Assembly: GCA_049678605.1 (NCBI GenBank)
Contig: JBAUEM010000014.1
Location: forward strand, 873 to 64,872
From: Dehalococcoidia bacterium
GTDB taxonomy: Bacteria; Chloroflexota; Dehalococcoidia; GIF9; AB-539-J10
Direction: 5' to 3'
DNA: 64,000 nt
Both the position numbers and the translations under genes were made by a program. The notes beneath the pieces are model-generated. The model ran no database searches, was not told the origin of the DNA, and worked only from the letters and a program-made list of their open reading frames with translations. Positions 62,476 through 64,000 of this stretch are shown here, in pieces (the stretch's first letter is position 1; the number at the start of each line of letters is the position of its first letter).

Positions 62476-62591
62476 GGGAGGGGTTGTTAGCTCACAAAAA
62501 ATCTAACCCAAAAACTATTATGATTTGGCCTGATTAAAACTTTAGAAGGAAGTAAAGCCAGGCTATGAAGAAGATGGATATGCATTCGAGG

Positions 62592-62600
62592 TGATATAAT
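62592..62600 (+). promoter_or_regulatory. Extended -10 promoter element upstream of the second reductase gene
   Basis: TGATATAAT lies 46 nt upstream of the TTG start at 62646. Confidence 0.4.
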
Positions 62601-62645
62601 TGAAGATAGGTCTCTATTACTTCGCTTGTTAGGGGTGTTTGGTCT

Positions 62646-63791
62646 TTGAAACAAAGCCACGATGTAATCGTTGTTGGTGCTGGTCCGGCTGGGGCAACAC
62701 TGGCTTACGAGCTGGCGAGGAGGGGGATCGGGGTATTAGTTTTAGAAAAAGAGAAACTGCCCCGCTATAAGTGTTGTGCTGGCGGAGTCACCAGCAAGGC
62801 GGCAAAACTTCTGGATTTCGATATCTCCGAAGTAGTGGAAGACGTAATTTATGAGGTTAGCTTTACTTTTAATCTCGGCAGCCCTTATCGGGGACAGCAT
62901 AGTCAGCCATTGATATATACCGTGATGCGTGATGTATTTGACTATTTTTTGGTGAAGAGGGCACAACAACTGGGAGCTGTGCTTGTGGATGGTCAGAAGG
63001 TAACGCAAATACAGGTGAGCGCTGATTGGGTTGAGATTTCCACTGCTGACAACATTTTTCGCTCCCGACTTGTGGTCGGGGCTGATGGGGCTTATAGCGT
63101 AGTGGCAAGAGAGCTGGGCATGGGAAGGAGCATGGAATATGTCGCGGGAATAGAGTCGGAAATTGTTGTGCCCGAGGAAGAGCTGGCAAAATGGAAATCG
63201 CGAGTCCAGATAGACCTGGGGTGCATTCCTGGGGGTTATGCCTGGGTGTTCCCCAAGCGTAACCATCTCTCTATTGGAGCTGGATGTCTTGCCTCCAAGG
63301 CAAGACATTTGGACCGCCACCATCAGAAGTTTCTAAATTCACTAAGTATTGGTAGTTACACTATCGCCAGGTCAAGTAGCCACTTGATACCAACGTGTAC
63401 AAAAGGAAGGCTTGTTTGGCAAGATAAAGCCTTGCTTCTGGGGGATGCGGCTGGGCTTGCTGACCCATTAACGGGTGAGGGAATTTATAACGCCATCCAG
63501 AGTGCCCAGCTTGCTGCACCAGTGATTGAGAACTCTTTACTGAAGCGCAAGGTTGGGTTGCCGGATTACCAACAGATTGTAGAGAAGGCGATAATGTCTG
63601 AGTTGAGAATAGCGCGAACGCTGTCAAAAAATTTTGTCCGCTTCCCTCGTTTGGCGTTTGGAATGTTCAACCGGAGTGATGGAGCGTGGAGAGCTATATG
63701 CAACTTGATGCTGGGCGAAATAGACTATGCTGCTATCAAGGGAAAGGCAGGCGGATTCAAGGGCATATTAAATCACCTGTTTCGAGCTTAG
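62646..63791 (+). CDS. Geranylgeranyl-reductase-family FAD-dependent oxidoreductase (second paralog)
   Basis: HDVIVVGAGPAGATLAYELARRGIGVLVLEK and LLLGDAAGLADPLTGEGI motifs. Confidence 0.75.
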   Translation: MKQSHDVIVVGAGPAGATLAYELARRGIGVLVLEKEKLPRYKCCAGGVTSKAAKLLDFDISEVVEDVIYEVSFTFNLGSPYRGQHSQPLIYTVMRDVFDYFLVKRAQQLGAVLVDGQKVTQIQVSADWVEISTADNIFRSRLVVGADGAYSVVARELGMGRSMEYVAGIESEIVVPEEELAKWKSRVQIDLGCIPGGYAWVFPKRNHLSIGAGCLASKARHLDRHHQKFLNSLSIGSYTIARSSSHLIPTCTKGRLVWQDKALLLGDAAGLADPLTGEGIYNAIQSAQLAAPVIENSLLKRKVGLPDYQQIVEKAIMSELRIARTLSKNFVRFPRLAFGMFNRSDGAWRAICNLMLGEIDYAAIKGKAGGFKGILNHLFRA

Positions 63792-63862
63792 CACAACAAT
63801 CTTAAAGTGGCCGGGGCATACATAAGAGTAAAATTTGTTATAATTTGAAGTAGGGGAGTGAG

Positions 63863-64000
63863 GTGTCTAAGATACTGGACAAAATAAACGCCCCCGGCGA
63901 TGTTAAGGGGCTAAACCAAGATGAACTAGGTGCACTTTGTTCCGAGCTCAGGGAGCTATTGGTAAGCCGGGTTAGTGAAAACGGAGGGCATCTAGCATCC
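63863..64000 (+). CDS. dxs: 1-deoxy-D-xylulose-5-phosphate synthase (first 46 codons; continues past the window)
   Basis: GTG start. VSKILDKINAPGDVKGLNQDELGALCSELRELLVSRVSENGGHLAS matches the conserved Dxs N-terminus, including GGHLAS. Confidence 0.85.
   Translation, partial: MSKILDKINAPGDVKGLNQDELGALCSELRELLVSRVSENGGHLAS

Noticed and set aside
1-64000. tRNA, rRNA, tmRNA and SRP RNA genes.
   Set aside because: A scan of all intergenic gaps longer than 150 bp found no T-loop-like GGTTCGAATCC-type sequence, cloverleaf-sized unit or rRNA-like stretch. A proper tRNAscan/Infernal run is still needed.

Overview
This is a bacterial chromosomal segment with about 50 protein genes. I saw no rRNA, tRNA, CRISPR array, transposase or integrase. 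Gene content, dense families of short GC-rich palindromic intergenic repeats, and a structured leader upstream of a pan operon suggest an uncultivated Chloroflexota (Dehalococcoidia/Anaerolineae-like) genome; this is inference only, since no search was possible. 1-29 kb is mostly housekeeping: MacAB-type efflux, rsmG, pdxS, tmk, mnmA, rnhB, serS, lysS, speH-speE, plsY, degV, ychF, holA. It is interrupted at 15.4-23.5 kb by a rearranged accessory segment (FAD/Fe-S oxidase trio plus acyl-CoA ligase) that carries a visible duplication-junction scar. 29-42 kb holds a PPC-domain gene, a 1.38-kaa fused double-activase protein, a repeat-rich surface protein ending in a CFIATAAYG box, a DUF2520-panD-panB-panC operon behind a terminator-containing leader, and a membrane-anchored His/Cys (clan-CD-like) protein. 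The stand-out is 42.2-56.9 kb: seven co-directional minus-strand genes form a cohesin-dockerin system with 4 cohesin modules, 5 dockerin modules, 2 membrane anchors and 2 cohesin+dockerin scaffolds. Its dockerin-tagged cargos are a papain-like protease, a 184-aa protein and a 1201-aa protein of unknown function. No glycoside hydrolase is present, and the cluster shows clear signs of cassette-like recombination. 57.7-64 kb holds def, uppS, two geranylgeranyl-reductase-family genes flanking a tandemly duplicated MarR regulator, and the start of dxs.
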